From positions 4,067-68,066 of the forward strand of contig JAUCBJ010001004.1 in assembly GCA_032718475.1 (NCBI GenBank): DNA of 64,000 nucleotides, written 5' to 3'. Shown here in pieces: positions 44,809 through 56,981 of this stretch. The notes beneath the pieces are model-generated. The model saw nothing but the letters and a program-made list of their open reading frames with translations, had not been told where the DNA came from and ran no database searches. The translations under genes were made by a program, and so were the position numbers. Position 1 is the stretch's first letter. Every line of letters starts with the position of its first letter. This DNA is from Nemertoderma westbladi (lineage: Eukaryota > Animalia > Xenacoelomorpha).

Positions 44809-47800
44809 TGTTTGGTTCCCGATAAATAGGTATATTGTTTTTCTTTATCGGTTTTTCAACCTTTGTTTGATAGTGACCCCAGGGAAGTGAATGATTTTTA
44901 TTAACCCAATAAAGTTTATCGTCAAATGCGCTGAGAGCAAACTTATCTCGTGCTACAGTGTACACTTTGTGTAATTGGCTCTGAAATTGATGCATTTCCT
45001 TGGAAATTTCCTCGTTATGTTTATATGCTCTTAAATAATCTTCGTGGCAAATATTTTTATCCACGACAGCTCTTGTTATTCCTTTCGCCCGTCGTATATT
45101 GGATTCATTCCATTCTAAAATTGAATATAATTTTGGTCTTAAAAATACCGCTTGTTTAATTTCACGTGAGGCTAGTTCATCTTTACAGTAATAGAGCCTG
45201 GATTTATTTTTATCACTGTAGAGAGGGTGATCCTTGGGGTAATTGGATGTATCTAGAATATTATTTTTAATTAAGGCTTTTAAAAAATTATTCTGCGATG
45301 TATTATAGTAACAACCTATTAAAGAGTCCGTATCTGATGCTACAATTTCAATACGACAGTTTAATTCTTTCTCAATAGGTAGCAATTTATTGTAATACAG
45401 CTCATACATATCCAATTTAGCCAAGTCCAACACAGTACTACCTACATAGACTGGCTTATCTAGTGTTGCAGCTTGCAGAGTCTTTCACTAATAAATGTCC
45501 CGATAAGGAATCGTTATAAATCATGAAATTTTCGTGATTTATACGTTTCACCAATAAATCACATTTCTCTTTACTATTAGCGATACGAAAGTTGCAACGG
45601 TCCCGTATCTTTTCAATCGTTTTTCCAAATAACGAATTATTTAGAAGCTTTGCAACAGCTGTTTCAATGTAACTTTTTGCAATTCGCCTTTGATTAATAT
45701 TAAAATCTATATAGGGTTTAAATACAAAGTCTTGATGGAAAGAATACAATTTATGGAGCTTAGTAACAATTAAACCTTGTTTTATATAACATTTTAACAG
45801 TTTCAAATTTACATGATAGAATTCCTTATCGAATTGTGTCAACATAAGTTTTGGAGCACACATCTTATAATTGCTATTAGTACCTCTTTGTTTACAAACA
45901 TGATTATATTGTTCCCTCATATATGGTGAAAGCATTGTCTCATTTATACTTAAATGTTCTGGGGCTAAGGGTAGTTCTAATGTACGATCATGAATATCTT
46001 TGGGATATTTCAAATCGCAAATTAAGAAAAACCCAATATCCCCTTCAGTATCAAGATTTGTTAAATACTTTATTATTTCTTCTGGGGCGGCATTCTCTAA
46101 ATATGTAACGTTGACTTGTTCAAAACCTGAAACAGGTAGCTTTTTACTTAAATTACCGGAATACAAGGAATTAAAATCTATATTGAAAATATGACACTCT
46201 TCCTTGCTTGGATCATAATTATCAGTATCTGGTATATTTGATTCTATGTAATGCTTTCGACAGAATGAAACCCCTCCTCTAATAGATGCTTCAAAATCTC
46301 TATATGTTTGGTAATCTTTTATTAATGCTAACTTACATTTATTGTATTTCAGGGCGCAATCATAAGTGAAAGCTGCGATACTACAATAATAAACTACTTC
46401 TAATTCGTAGTTTTGTCTACATACTCTCCTAAAGTTCTCAAATATATCAGCGAGGAGACAAACATCGAGTTTTAAGTATGCTAAAAGATAATCCTTGAGA
46501 TTCACACAGTCAAACTGACTCCATGATGTGTTGGCAAAACTATATTCCTCGGGAGTACAGGTATTTTGTGTTAATTTACTATAAAATTTGTCTATTGATG
46601 GTAATTTCGAATCATTGAATTTATTTAAATCTGTCAGATACTCATAGGGGAATATACCTTTTCGTTTAATTGTTGCATTATTTAAATTTGGATAAAAATA
46701 TTTCATTTGCTGTTCAGTAATTGGTAGAACTGATGTTATATCCTCGCTGTCTATATCCTTTGTTGAACAATCAACTAAAGTACTTAGGGAAAAGGATAAA
46801 AATTGATATGTGTCTAAGACACGTAGCTCGATCTTAGTTTTTTCATCTTTCACTGGTATATGCATGCTTAGTGAAATATACCTTTCAGAATTTTTAGGGA
46901 TCACCTTTATATCCCAATCGGAATATTTATTGTTGGTAAAACCAACTTGTAAAAGAAAATGCAAATCGTAGAGATTGCAGTTGTGTGCAGCGAGTATATA
47001 CATGTGTCGTTTCAACGATAAAGAGCGGTTACACGCGTTACAAGCGGCTGCTATATAGTTACCAGTAATATGTGAGTGATGTTTGTTTTTCTCAGATTTA
47101 TCCTTAAATAAAACATAATAATAATAAAAGCAAGTTTTAGCTTTCCAAAAACTTAACTTATCTACATCATTAAGTATTATTTTCTCTCTTGTGTGGGTTT
47201 CTGCCCACTTATATAATTGGGTGATGTCATTATATACAGAGTCTAAAAAGTCTTGAATACAGTTGTTGTCGATTGTTTTTGTAAAGGTCTTCAAATAAAA
47301 TTTTGGTGGATTGATTAATTCACTACTAGGAACAATTAAATAACTTACAGCGCATGGAATATGATTCTGAATAAATTTACTGTTGGTGGCTGGCTCCAAA
47401 ATAGATTCTATGTCAAAATATATTACAAACAATGCTGGTAATGTTCTGTCTAAATTTCTAAAGCTAATGTGAGTTCTTTTTTCAGACGGTAGCTTCTCAA
47501 CTTGACTTTTTCCTCGATAACAAGCAAGACGGTGACGTTCTAGAACTTGCTTGGTGTAGAAAGGCGCCAAACACCGTTCACAAAATTTCCTACATCTAAT
47601 ACGCTTACCTGTTGTATTCATCAAACGATTCAAGTTAGTTATGCAAACATAATGTGATTGTTTACTCGTATTCTTATTTTTTACAAGTAATATATTCAAT
47701 AACTCTTTATCTGGAGTGATTTTACTAAATGGTGCCTGTCTTAATATAGATACTCGATTGTTGTCGTAGAGTAATAAATTAATTATATATGCTGAATTCT

Positions 47801-48815
47801 GTTTTTCAAAAAGTTTAATTGCAAGCGACCATTCTGTTGGATAATCTTTGTTCCCGTTGTCAAAAATAAAATAATTCATGTAATCTGAGTACTGCGAAGT
47901 ACGATATTTGTGATCTTTCACTTTGCTACTAAATTTTGTGGCTATAATAGCCCATTTGAAACAGTCATTCTCAGCCGTTTGTATATTTATTGTACAATTT
48001 TTACCTGATAGAGTCTTAGGTAACTCCATATAACCGTGTCCTTTATATAGTAACGACCTACACTTGGATTCAGCTACTTTAATTTCCACTCTTAATAAAG
48101 ATTTAACGCACCACCCTGAGCCACGAGTGTTAAATATGGCTATTTTTTGCATTAATTTTTCTAGTACATACTCAAACCATGTGTCAAAACTTTCATGTGA
48201 ATCTACGGTATTAACTGAACCACCTGAAGAACTAAAATAGAAAGTTTCTTCTTGGTCACCCTCTGAAAAATGTGATCGATACATGAGTATATTCACACCT
48301 AGCCAGGGTCTAAGTACATTCATTTCGCTAAGTTTTCCTAATAATAAGTTTTTAATATGAGGAAGAATATGAACTATTGATGAATGAATATCAGGAAAAG
48401 CTTCATCATTTGGAAGATTGTAAACATAGATTTCTAAATGGTTATCGTGTGCGGATCGTTCGATGCTAAAAAATGATGGACCTTGACCAGATTTCAGTCT
48501 TTTTCTAGATGCGACAGTATTGTTTTGGTTCCGTTGTGGTGGTCTAACATGATAATAACGTTGGTGACAGTCGTGACGTAAATAATTATCATATAAATAC
48601 TCTTTATTACAAGTAGGGCAAGTTTTTTCATACACGTAAAACTTCATTTCTTTACATCCCGCAGTTGATTCATGTCGTTTGCATATTTCTTCTGTAGGTG
48701 TAAAAACATGACACTTAAAACAAGAATAACCTTCAAAATGTGACCTTAGGTGGCGTAAATAATTACGTTTAGAAATTTGAAGAGGACAAAATGCACATTT
48801 CAATTGTTTATCCAT
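44789..48815 (-). pseudogene. Protein-primed family B DNA polymerase (group-2 Polinton type, N-terminal Zn fingers, EndoVII-like insert), one frameshift at ~45465
   Basis: Exo FDIES, HNCNLYDLHF, YLKLDVCLLADIFENFR; KGIFPYEY; IRGG; pol DFNSLYS, KLLNNSLFGK, SDTDS; HHSHITG...CNACN insert. TLDKPVYVGSTVLDLAK continues in the shifted frame. Confidence 0.93.
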
Positions 48816-49357
48816 CTCTTTATTATCCTAAAAACAAATTAAAATTAATATGAATATTGTTATATATATAATCAAAAAAATTCATAAGCTACTCAACACA
48901 AATAAAATATAATATCTAAACTTTAATTAATTTAATATTTTCAGAATGAGCTCGATTGAATCAGATGAGCTCTTTATATATATTTCAAGTTTCTACTTAT
49001 ATCAACCAATCATAAATAACAGTTACATTGGAAACTAATATCATAAATAAAGTTGCTTTTACAACTGAATTCTTTATAATAAAATCAAGTCTAAACCAAG
49101 ATGTGCATAATACGTTTTTAATTTTCATTGATAAAGTAGGTTTTACATGCTAATGTTTTATTATGGTGGTGTAAACTCACGCATTTACATGGGAATGTTT
49201 TTATACCTAATCCCGTGCTCACATTAAACTATCGCCAATATTTACTCAATAAAGTCACCTTTACATGCAAATACTTTATAATAATCATGCTTTGTGTTAA
49301 AAAGTTACCTTTACTAGTTAGTGTGAAACTGAAAAAAAGTCTCTAGTTAATAATAAA

Positions 49358-50401
49358 TCAATCTGATACTGTTTTTATATGTTCCTTATTGTAATCTGCT
49401 ACCTCTTCACTTGCTTTTGTAACTTTTATTTTCTTTGTAGGTATAGAATCATTGTTGGGAATGGAAGATGTTTGAGATGTAGATCTGCGCTTTCTATCAC
49501 TCGATGTCTCTTCGATGTATGTCTTTGGATTAAATGTAGATGAAACTACTTCTGGAAATGACTTATTAACCTTAAACTTCCAAGTTGGTTGATATAGAAT
49601 CGCGAAACCGTCTGCTATATCAGTTGATGAAACCTTTAACATCATATCATAGAGAAACTCTATATGTGGTATGTCTTTATCGTAATGTAACTGTAAATAT
49701 TTGCTTTCCTTGTCTGTAATAATTACTTTTTTTTCTTGTACATTTATTTTTACTTTAATTCGGTCAGATAAAGCTTTATCGCCCGTATCTAGCTCTGAAA
49801 AGACACCTTCGTTACTAATTTCATAATTCCATTCATACCACAATGAATTTACTTCCGATGCTGTTAAGTTAAACCCATTATAATACCTAAGACCAATAGC
49901 ATCAGAATATCTAGCTGAAATCTCCCATAGTCCCATATAAGTCGTTCCTTTATATTTGCTTACAAAACCAACAAAAGATGGGTTGGTTAAATTAACAACA
50001 GAACACTGATTTATTATTTCGAGTGGTGGTGATAACAATTCTAATATTTCTGTCTTACTCTGAAGCAATAAATTAATGAGTGATTTGTTTAGAATTTGAC
50101 ATTTGCCTTGCTTCTGAATATATACGTTTTCAGTAATAACACAGGTGGAAATATTTAACTTTCCTCTTGTAAATTCTATATTAGGATAAATATTACCTCT
50201 TGAAACTGGTGATTCCTTTTGTCGGTTGATTAATATTTCTAAGACGTCTAGAAGGTAGAGTGTATCCTGGTAAGAAAAGCACGTTGTTACATTGCTATCG
50301 CTTGAGAGTAATATAAAGTACTTGCCATAAACAATACTACAGGTATATTTATTACATGTAAATTTCCAAGTATTGCTTGAAGTTTTTTTAAATAAATCCA
50401 T
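49358..50401 (-). CDS. Polinton 347-aa protein with a PC4/Sub1-like domain (candidate SSB or coactivator)
   Basis: FVSKYKGTTYMGLWEI...NGFNLTASEVNSLW; NLS-like RKRR and PTKKIK. Lies directly upstream of pPolB. Confidence 0.55.
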   Translation of the reverse strand: MDLFKKTSSNTWKFTCNKYTCSIVYGKYFILLSSDSNVTTCFSYQDTLYLLDVLEILINRQKESPVSRGNIYPNIEFTRGKLNISTCVITENVYIQKQGKCQILNKSLINLLLQSKTEILELLSPPLEIINQCSVVNLTNPSFVGFVSKYKGTTYMGLWEISARYSDAIGLRYYNGFNLTASEVNSLWYEWNYEISNEGVFSELDTGDKALSDRIKVKINVQEKKVIITDKESKYLQLHYDKDIPHIEFLYDMMLKVSSTDIADGFAILYQPTWKFKVNKSFPEVVSSTFNPKTYIEETSSDRKRRSTSQTSSIPNNDSIPTKKIKVTKASEEVADYNKEHIKTVSD

Positions 50402-51299
50402 AATTAGAATGAAAACTATTTTGAAAAATAAAAACTAAATAAATGATTATTAGAATGTAAAACTTCTGTTTATATGGTTGCTTTAATACAACAGAGTGAC
50501 TTACAGTGAGGAATATAGTAGCTTCGTGTAACAGATGCAACGTGTACAGCTAAATTTATTACATTAGCGTGAGTTAGAGAGTGAAATAGCAGTAACATGT
50601 AACAGATGCAACGTGATCAATGCTAGCCCTGTCATTCTAACTTATATGTTAACTTAGTTGACCGACCAGTCACATCGATAAAAGAAATCGATTATTATTA
50701 ATAGTCGAATTAATGTATTCTATGCTATAGTAATTATGTTAAGGAACTAGAAGCTATTTATAAACATCTGCTACCTGTGATGAAGATGAAGAATTCAATG
50801 ACTATGGTATAACTCAGATATTTATCGCCTTTTTCTCTCGAGGTTGGATGGAAGAGTGATTGGTGAGTTGTGAGGAGTTATAACAGTCCCGAGTTCGAAC
50901 CCTGTTGAATATTTTGTTATCTAAAAAATTGCAAAATTAAATTTAGTTACTGGTGAAAAATAGTAGAAGTTACCTGTAGACACCTCTAGCGTCTGTAAAA
51001 TAAAGGTTGGTGAATATGAAAATACTGGTTGTTGAAAAATAGCGATTTGAAAAATAGTGGAAGTTACCTGATGCTAAGTGTAGACACCCGAACACCTGTA
51101 AAATAAAGGTTGGTGATTGGACAGAGTACTAGCGTTGGGTGACTAATAACGCCTCTAGCGGAAGATGCGGGAACTTGAGAAGTTGCCATGGTTACGGATG
51201 AAATGCTGACATCTGATTGGTTGAAATAATAACGACCACTGCTAATGGTTGAAATCGTGGCTTCTGATTGGATGGAGTACTAAAATTGGATGGTAATGA

Positions 51300-51346
51300 T
51301 GGGCTACGGGTGATCTTGGCCGGGGGGGCTAGTAATATATACTACT
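51300..51346 (-). repeat. Probable Polinton right terminus (TIR end)
   Basis: Minus strand AGTAGTATATATTACTAGCCCCCCCGG; sharp switch to BEL pol coding sequence at 51347. The partner TIR is not in the window. Confidence 0.65.
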
Positions 51347-51347
51347 G

Positions 51348-53498
51348 ACATACAGCATGCCAAGGGTGTATTTCCCGAATGGGGACATGACGGACCTGGA
51401 TCTACACATGTTATCCGATGCGTCATTGGAGGCATATGGAGCGGCACTCTACCTAGTACAACGGGAGGGGGCTCATAGGCCCAGGCTTGCATTCAGCAAA
51501 GCTAAGTCGACGCCGCCAGATTCAGCATCGGTCCCGAAACTCGAGTTGACAGCTGCGAGGTTAGGAGTAAGGGCCACAGCCTACTTGATGGATGCTATTC
51601 CCAACATAGTGGAAACACACTACTGGACGGACTCCATGGTAGTGCTTGGTTGGCTACACAATGAAAGGACGAGATACCCTATATTCGTCGCAAATAGGGT
51701 GGACGAAATAAGAGCGACAACGGAATTGGAAAGGTGGCACTACTGCCCGATGGACGAGAACCCAGCGGACTTGTTATCAAGGGGCGTAGCACGCCACACT
51801 TTCTTGAAGAAGGAAGTATTGTGGCAGCATGGGCCGCAATTTCTGAATGATAAGACAGCCTGGCCGCCGATGAGAAAGGTGGACCCGGGCTCAGGGGAGG
51901 TAGCATTAGAGGAAGAGGGAGGAGATTCAGAAGGTGAAGAGATATATAGCCAGATGGTGAGGGAGATAAGGGACGTGCAACCAAAACCGGAAGAACTGTG
52001 CAATAACCCAACGGACAAACTCCTTAGCTACAGCTCAAGTTGGTACAAGACCAAGAAGTTAGTGGCGTACTGGAGAGCCTTCGGGGATTTCCTCAAGGGA
52101 GTCGGCAAAGACATAAAAGGTAAAACAACCATCGATCTGGAGGGAGCGGCCAGGGCCGTCATCCGCTACAAACAGAGAAAGAATTACGGCGACGAGGTGG
52201 AACGCGTCGGTAAACAACAGCATCTCCGACGGGACAGTGAGCTGATCGCGCTGTCGCCACAACTCAATGATGATGGAATCTTAGTAATGAACTCTAGGGT
52301 GTTGAACAACAACAGTATCATCATTCCACCAAAGCCCATCATCATTCCTAATGGATCGCCGATAGTCCACCAGATCATCTGGGACTCCCATAAGTCGATA
52401 TTGCACGGGGGCACCAACCGAACCCTCACGGAGATACGAAGGACCTTTTGGGTCAAACAGTTAAGAAAGAAGGTAAAGGCGGTAGTGGGGCAGTGCCAGA
52501 CCTGCCGACGAACGAAGAAGGAGTGAGCCATACAGGAGATGGCGCCACTACCGGCCAGTAGGGTGAGACAGCACGACCCGCCATTCACGTACTGCGGTGT
52601 GGATATGTTCGGGCCGATAAAGATTAAAGTGATGCGGCACACGGAGAAGCGCTAGGGCATTATCTTCGTATGTAACAACACGCGGGCGGTAGGGCTAGAA
52701 CTCGCCCAAGATGCAACCGCATCGGCATTCATCAATGCCCTAGAAAGGTTCAGAGACCACAAAGGTGGGACGATCGCAGTAATATACTCCGACAACGGAA
52801 CCAACTTTGTGGGGGCAGAGAACGAGCTGGCAGATGCCTTGGACATCATGAAAGGGGAGGAAGTCAGGGCAGCCATGAGAAGACCACAGGTGAAGTGGGA
52901 GAGGAGGACACCGTATGCTCCGCATACTCTAGGATGCATCGAGAGACTCGTGGGTAGTTTCAGGCGTCTGATGACGAAGTTGATGAACACCCACATGGTA
53001 ACAGAAGACGTACTAAGTTCAGTACTAGCAAAGTGCGAGCGTATCATTAATAGCAGACTGCTATATCCAGAAAATGATTACCCAGAGTCATTAGATGTGC
53101 TGACACCCAGTCACTTTCTAATGGAGAGGCCAGCGACCATCGACATGCGGGGTGTAGACAGAGACGATATACACTCCCGACAGAGTTGGAAAGTCGCCAA
53201 GGTGATAAGCGCGGAGTACTGGAGGAGGTGGGTCGAGGAATACCTACCCACGCTCCATAAGAGAAGCAAGTGGAGGAATACAAATAGGGAGTTAAAGGCG
53301 GGTGATCTGATGATCGTCACGGACGATACCATCATCAACAACCAATGGCGATTGGCGAGAGTTGTGGGCACTTACTCCGATGAGGACGGAAGAGTCCGAT
53401 CGGTATAAGTGCGGATAGGTGGTAAGATAGGAGCGAAAGATAGGAAGACCTACAGGAGGGCTGTAGGGAAGTGCTGCCTTCTAGAGGGTGAACCGTAG
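51348..53498 (+). pseudogene. Element C pol (RNase H, integrase) with in-frame stops
   Basis: LHMLSDAS, VPKLELTAA, YWTDS, NPADLLSRG, CGVDMFGP, SDNGTNFVG, YLPTLHKRSKW. Stops at ~52524, ~52653 and ~53406. Confidence 0.92.
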
Positions 53499-53644
53499 TG
53501 TTTAGTCGTCCAAGTTTTGGACTGAGGGGGGTGGGATTGAGGGCGAGATGCCCTTCCTACACATAAATATAAAAAAAATAATAAATAAAGAAAGAGAAAG
53601 TAATAGTACGTAGTAGGTACGTAGTGAGTAAGTAGGCAGATAGA

Positions 53645-54360
53645 AGTTAGTAAGAGTTAGTAGTAAGAGGGTACGTAGTACCGTTAGTTAGATAGTTAGT
53701 TAGTAGTAAGAGGGTACGTAGTACCATTACTTAGATAGTTAGTTAGTAGTAAGAGGGTACATAGTACCGTTAGTTAGATAGTTAGTTAGTAGTAAGAGGG
53801 TACGTAGTACCGTTAGTTAGATAGTTAGTTAGTAGTAAGAGGGTACGTAGTACCGTTAGTTGGGAGAGTTAGTCAGCAGTAAGAGGGTACGTAGTACCGT
53901 TAGTTAGTAGCAAGAGGGTACGTAGTACCGGTTAGTAAGAGTTAGTGGAGTTAGAAGTTAGTAAGAGGGTACGTAGTGCCGGTTAGTAAGAGTTAGTGGA
54001 GTTAGAAGTTAGTAAGAGGGTATGTAGTACTGGTTAGTAAGAGTTAGTGGAGTTAGAAGTTAGTAAGAGGGAACATAGTACCGGTTAGTAAGAGTTAGTG
54101 GAGTTAGAAGTTAGTAAGAGGGTACGTAGGACCGGTCAGTAAGAGTTAGTGGAGTTAGAAGTTAGTAAGAGGGTACATAGTACCGGTTAGTAAGAGTTGT
54201 GTAGTTAGAAGTTAGTAAGAGGGTACGTAGTACCGGTTAGTAAGAGTTGGTGGAGTTAGAAGTTAGTAAGAGGGTACGCAGTACCGGTTAGTAAGAGTTA
54301 GTTGTAGAACTAGTTAGTAAGAGGGTACGTATAGTACCGTTAGCAGTAAGAGTTAGTGGT
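53645..54360 (+). repeat. Tandem array of ~43-bp then ~51-bp units inside element C
   Basis: Core agtaagagggtacgtagtacc repeated about 15 times. Confidence 0.9.
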
Positions 54361-54865
54361 AGGAGGATATGTATAATATAAAATATAGTGAGAGTTAGTA
54401 GAGATTAGTTAGGAAGTTAGTAGAGCTAGTAGTGAGTAGCGAGAGAGGGGCACGTGGGTACAGCTGGATAAATCATGTAGGCCACGCGACGCATACTGTT
54501 GTACTGCACAAGCCCACAGAGTAGGCCAGAATGTGGATTATAAAATAGAATAATCCATTGGCGGAATACTGATAGCACAGTAGTAGGATTAAATTAAAAT
54601 AAAATAAAATAAATTAGAAATTAGACAAATTATGGTAACAGTAGGAGAAATATTCTGGAACATAATTAAAGTAACGGACAGAATTACGAAATTTAGTACA
54701 ATTTGACAGTTTTAGAAAATTAGGTAGGAAAATTAGGCGATAACCTAGGATTCTGTGAGAGATAGGCCATTATCGGACTGTATAAACCATCCTAACTTTA
54801 TCACTCATCTGTACTGCACCTTGGCAAGGCACCACCTTACGGGTGAGCGATTGAGAGAGTCCAAA

Positions 54866-56791
54866 ATGGCAGAGAAACTTGTCTGAAAGAGAAAGGCGGA
54901 GTTAGGAGGAAAGGAGATACTGGTGGATTTCACCGAGAGGCATCCGGAAGAAAAGACGAGGGGATACTACGAGCGGTTAGAGAGGGGTCACAAAGCGCGA
55001 GCACTACAGGACCATTTCAGGGAGGTGCACGAACAGCGGCTGGTCGGGACCTACGGGACGCCGTCGCTGGACAATGCGATCTTCGAGCATTTCCACTATG
55101 TGGTGAAGGGAGACGAGGCGAAGTTCGGGATTCCGAAGTACACAAAGGAGCCACCGAGAAAGGATTGGAAGAGGTTTGTAGAGTCCGTCAACAGGGGAGG
55201 ATACATGGTCCTAGACGATGAGGGGACCGTGGAAGACGAGGAAGGTTCAAGAAGAGGATCGGCGGGATTGGACTCCTACATTTGGCCGCGCCAAATGGGG
55301 ACATTTTCCTATTCGATCTGGGAACGTATGTGAAGAAGAACGGGCCGAAGTTGAACTGGTTGCCAAAGGCGGTGCAAACCCTAGTAAGGGAGAAGTCGAC
55401 GACAAAGGTGGGATCGGCGATTCGCGACGATGCAGAGAGAATCATCGGTCCGGACACCCCCAACCGCCTGGACATGCAGACGGTCTACATGGCTATGACA
55501 GCACCAGACGGGTTGGGACTAGTGGAGAACGCAGGTCATTGTGGAGCGGTGGCGATGGGCCAGCTAACGGGGCTCGTGTGTCACAAACCAATGGACTGGG
55601 GCAAATTCAGAGAGGAGTACGGAGCGGAGTTAGTGAACTCGCTGAAGTGGGGAGCGAGGCCAGGGAAACAAGAGGTGTATCAATTCCGGAGAGGAGCGAT
55701 AAAGGTATATCAGAAGCGATATATCCTGCAGGAGGACTGGATAATGATGGGTTTGCTAAACCTATTCATGACCGTCGTCATTGAGAGAGAACCAACGGCA
55801 TTCCTGCTATCGGGATCACTCCTGAACTACAGAAGAGCCTTCAAGACGGCTTTCGAGGGTCTGGTAGACCACCCGGGGCTGAAGGGCGAGTCGGTATACT
55901 ATAACTGCCGACATCTAGTAGACGGGGAGGTGGATACGCCATATCAGAGGTGGGAGCAGCTAGAGGCGGATAGATGAGAGGCGAAGCGATTGGAAGAAAT
56001 CGCTAGGCGAGAAAGGAGGGAGGCAGAAGAAAGGGAGGAGGAAGCAAGCAAGGAAAGCTACGGGTTCGAGGAACAGACGGCCTTAGATGAACTTCGTTGG
56101 ACATCATCAGGGAGTTCGGGCAAGTCTCTAGGGCGAGAATTAGGGTGGACGGTGGGATCACCGAAACAGTCGACATCGGGATTGCAGACGACGCCAATAC
56201 CAGCGGGCGCCGAGGGCGATTATACACTGAGGACGCCAGTGCGACTGGATGGACGATGAAGAGAAGTTTAGGATCTTCGAGGAGTGGGCCGACGTCGGCG
56301 CCATGACACGGCAGCGTATGTAGGCCCAGGAGTTCCGGTGGGGCTTCTTTAATATCAACCAGGAGGCCCACCTGGAGATTATCAAACAGAGACTTCCGTT
56401 TACCTACCAGGAGGTATCAACGGCGGTGTCGTATGCCGGGGTGATAAATACGCAGAGGTATTTGGATAGGTAGACGCCACAGAACCGAGGGGAGTTCAGA
56501 GATTTCTTGGCGGAGCATGTGCCGCGGGCGATGAAAGTGATCCTATGGGACGCCACTAGGGGGAAACAACAGGGCCATTCGGAGGGGCCACCCGCGAAGC
56601 GATACCGGGAGCTGATAACACCAGCGCCCAAGGAGTCGACGACGGGGATTAGTAGAGAGGTGACGGCGAGGGTCAGGAGTCTGAAGGGAGATAAGACCAA
56701 GGGAGCGGCAGCGGCCAGGAAACGACCAAGGGAGGAGGATGACAGAGGGAAGGATATGAGATGGTTCCCAAAGTCAGGTGGAACGAACTAG
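54866..56791 (+). pseudogene. Element C accessory ORF (decayed), distant homolog of the A/B accessory protein
   Basis: Consecutive coding-like fragments with stops and frameshifts. FVESVNRG resembles FVDSLIRG of B; FRIFEEWADVG..TRQR...WGFF resembles IRAWEANAD....RHR...GVYAF of B. Confidence 0.6.
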
Positions 56792-56981
56792 GACTTGGAT
56801 GTGGGATGCCTGGAAGGCACCACATGAGAAGTACGGACTCCTAAGTGCAAAATTTAAATAATTAAAAGTGCAATTAGTATGTACGTATGTAATAATCATT
56901 AGTTTAGTAAGCAAATATAATCAAAGTAAATACTATAGTCATATAACCTTTTCCAATTAGCTACTGGGACTGGGGACCAAT

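Larger units (their letters stand above)
5431..51346. mobile_element. Polinton/Maverick (adintovirus-like) endogenous virus, left part truncated or displaced, interrupted by BEL/Pao elements A and B
   Basis: Contains pPolB, MCP, two mCP, adenain and core genes. The right terminus reads AGTAGTATATATT on the minus strand, as typical of Polinton ends, and abuts a broken BEL pol at 51347. No integrase or packaging ATPase is seen in the window. Confidence 0.88.

Noticed and set aside
53524-53545. PPT-like G tract right after C pol as the start of the 3' LTR
   Set aside because: Coding-like accessory sequence follows, as in A/B where the true LTR lies further downstream; cannot be verified without the 5' LTR.
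53645-54360. CRISPR-like array
   Set aside because: Units are contiguous near-identical repeats without unique spacers; eukaryotic context and no cas genes.
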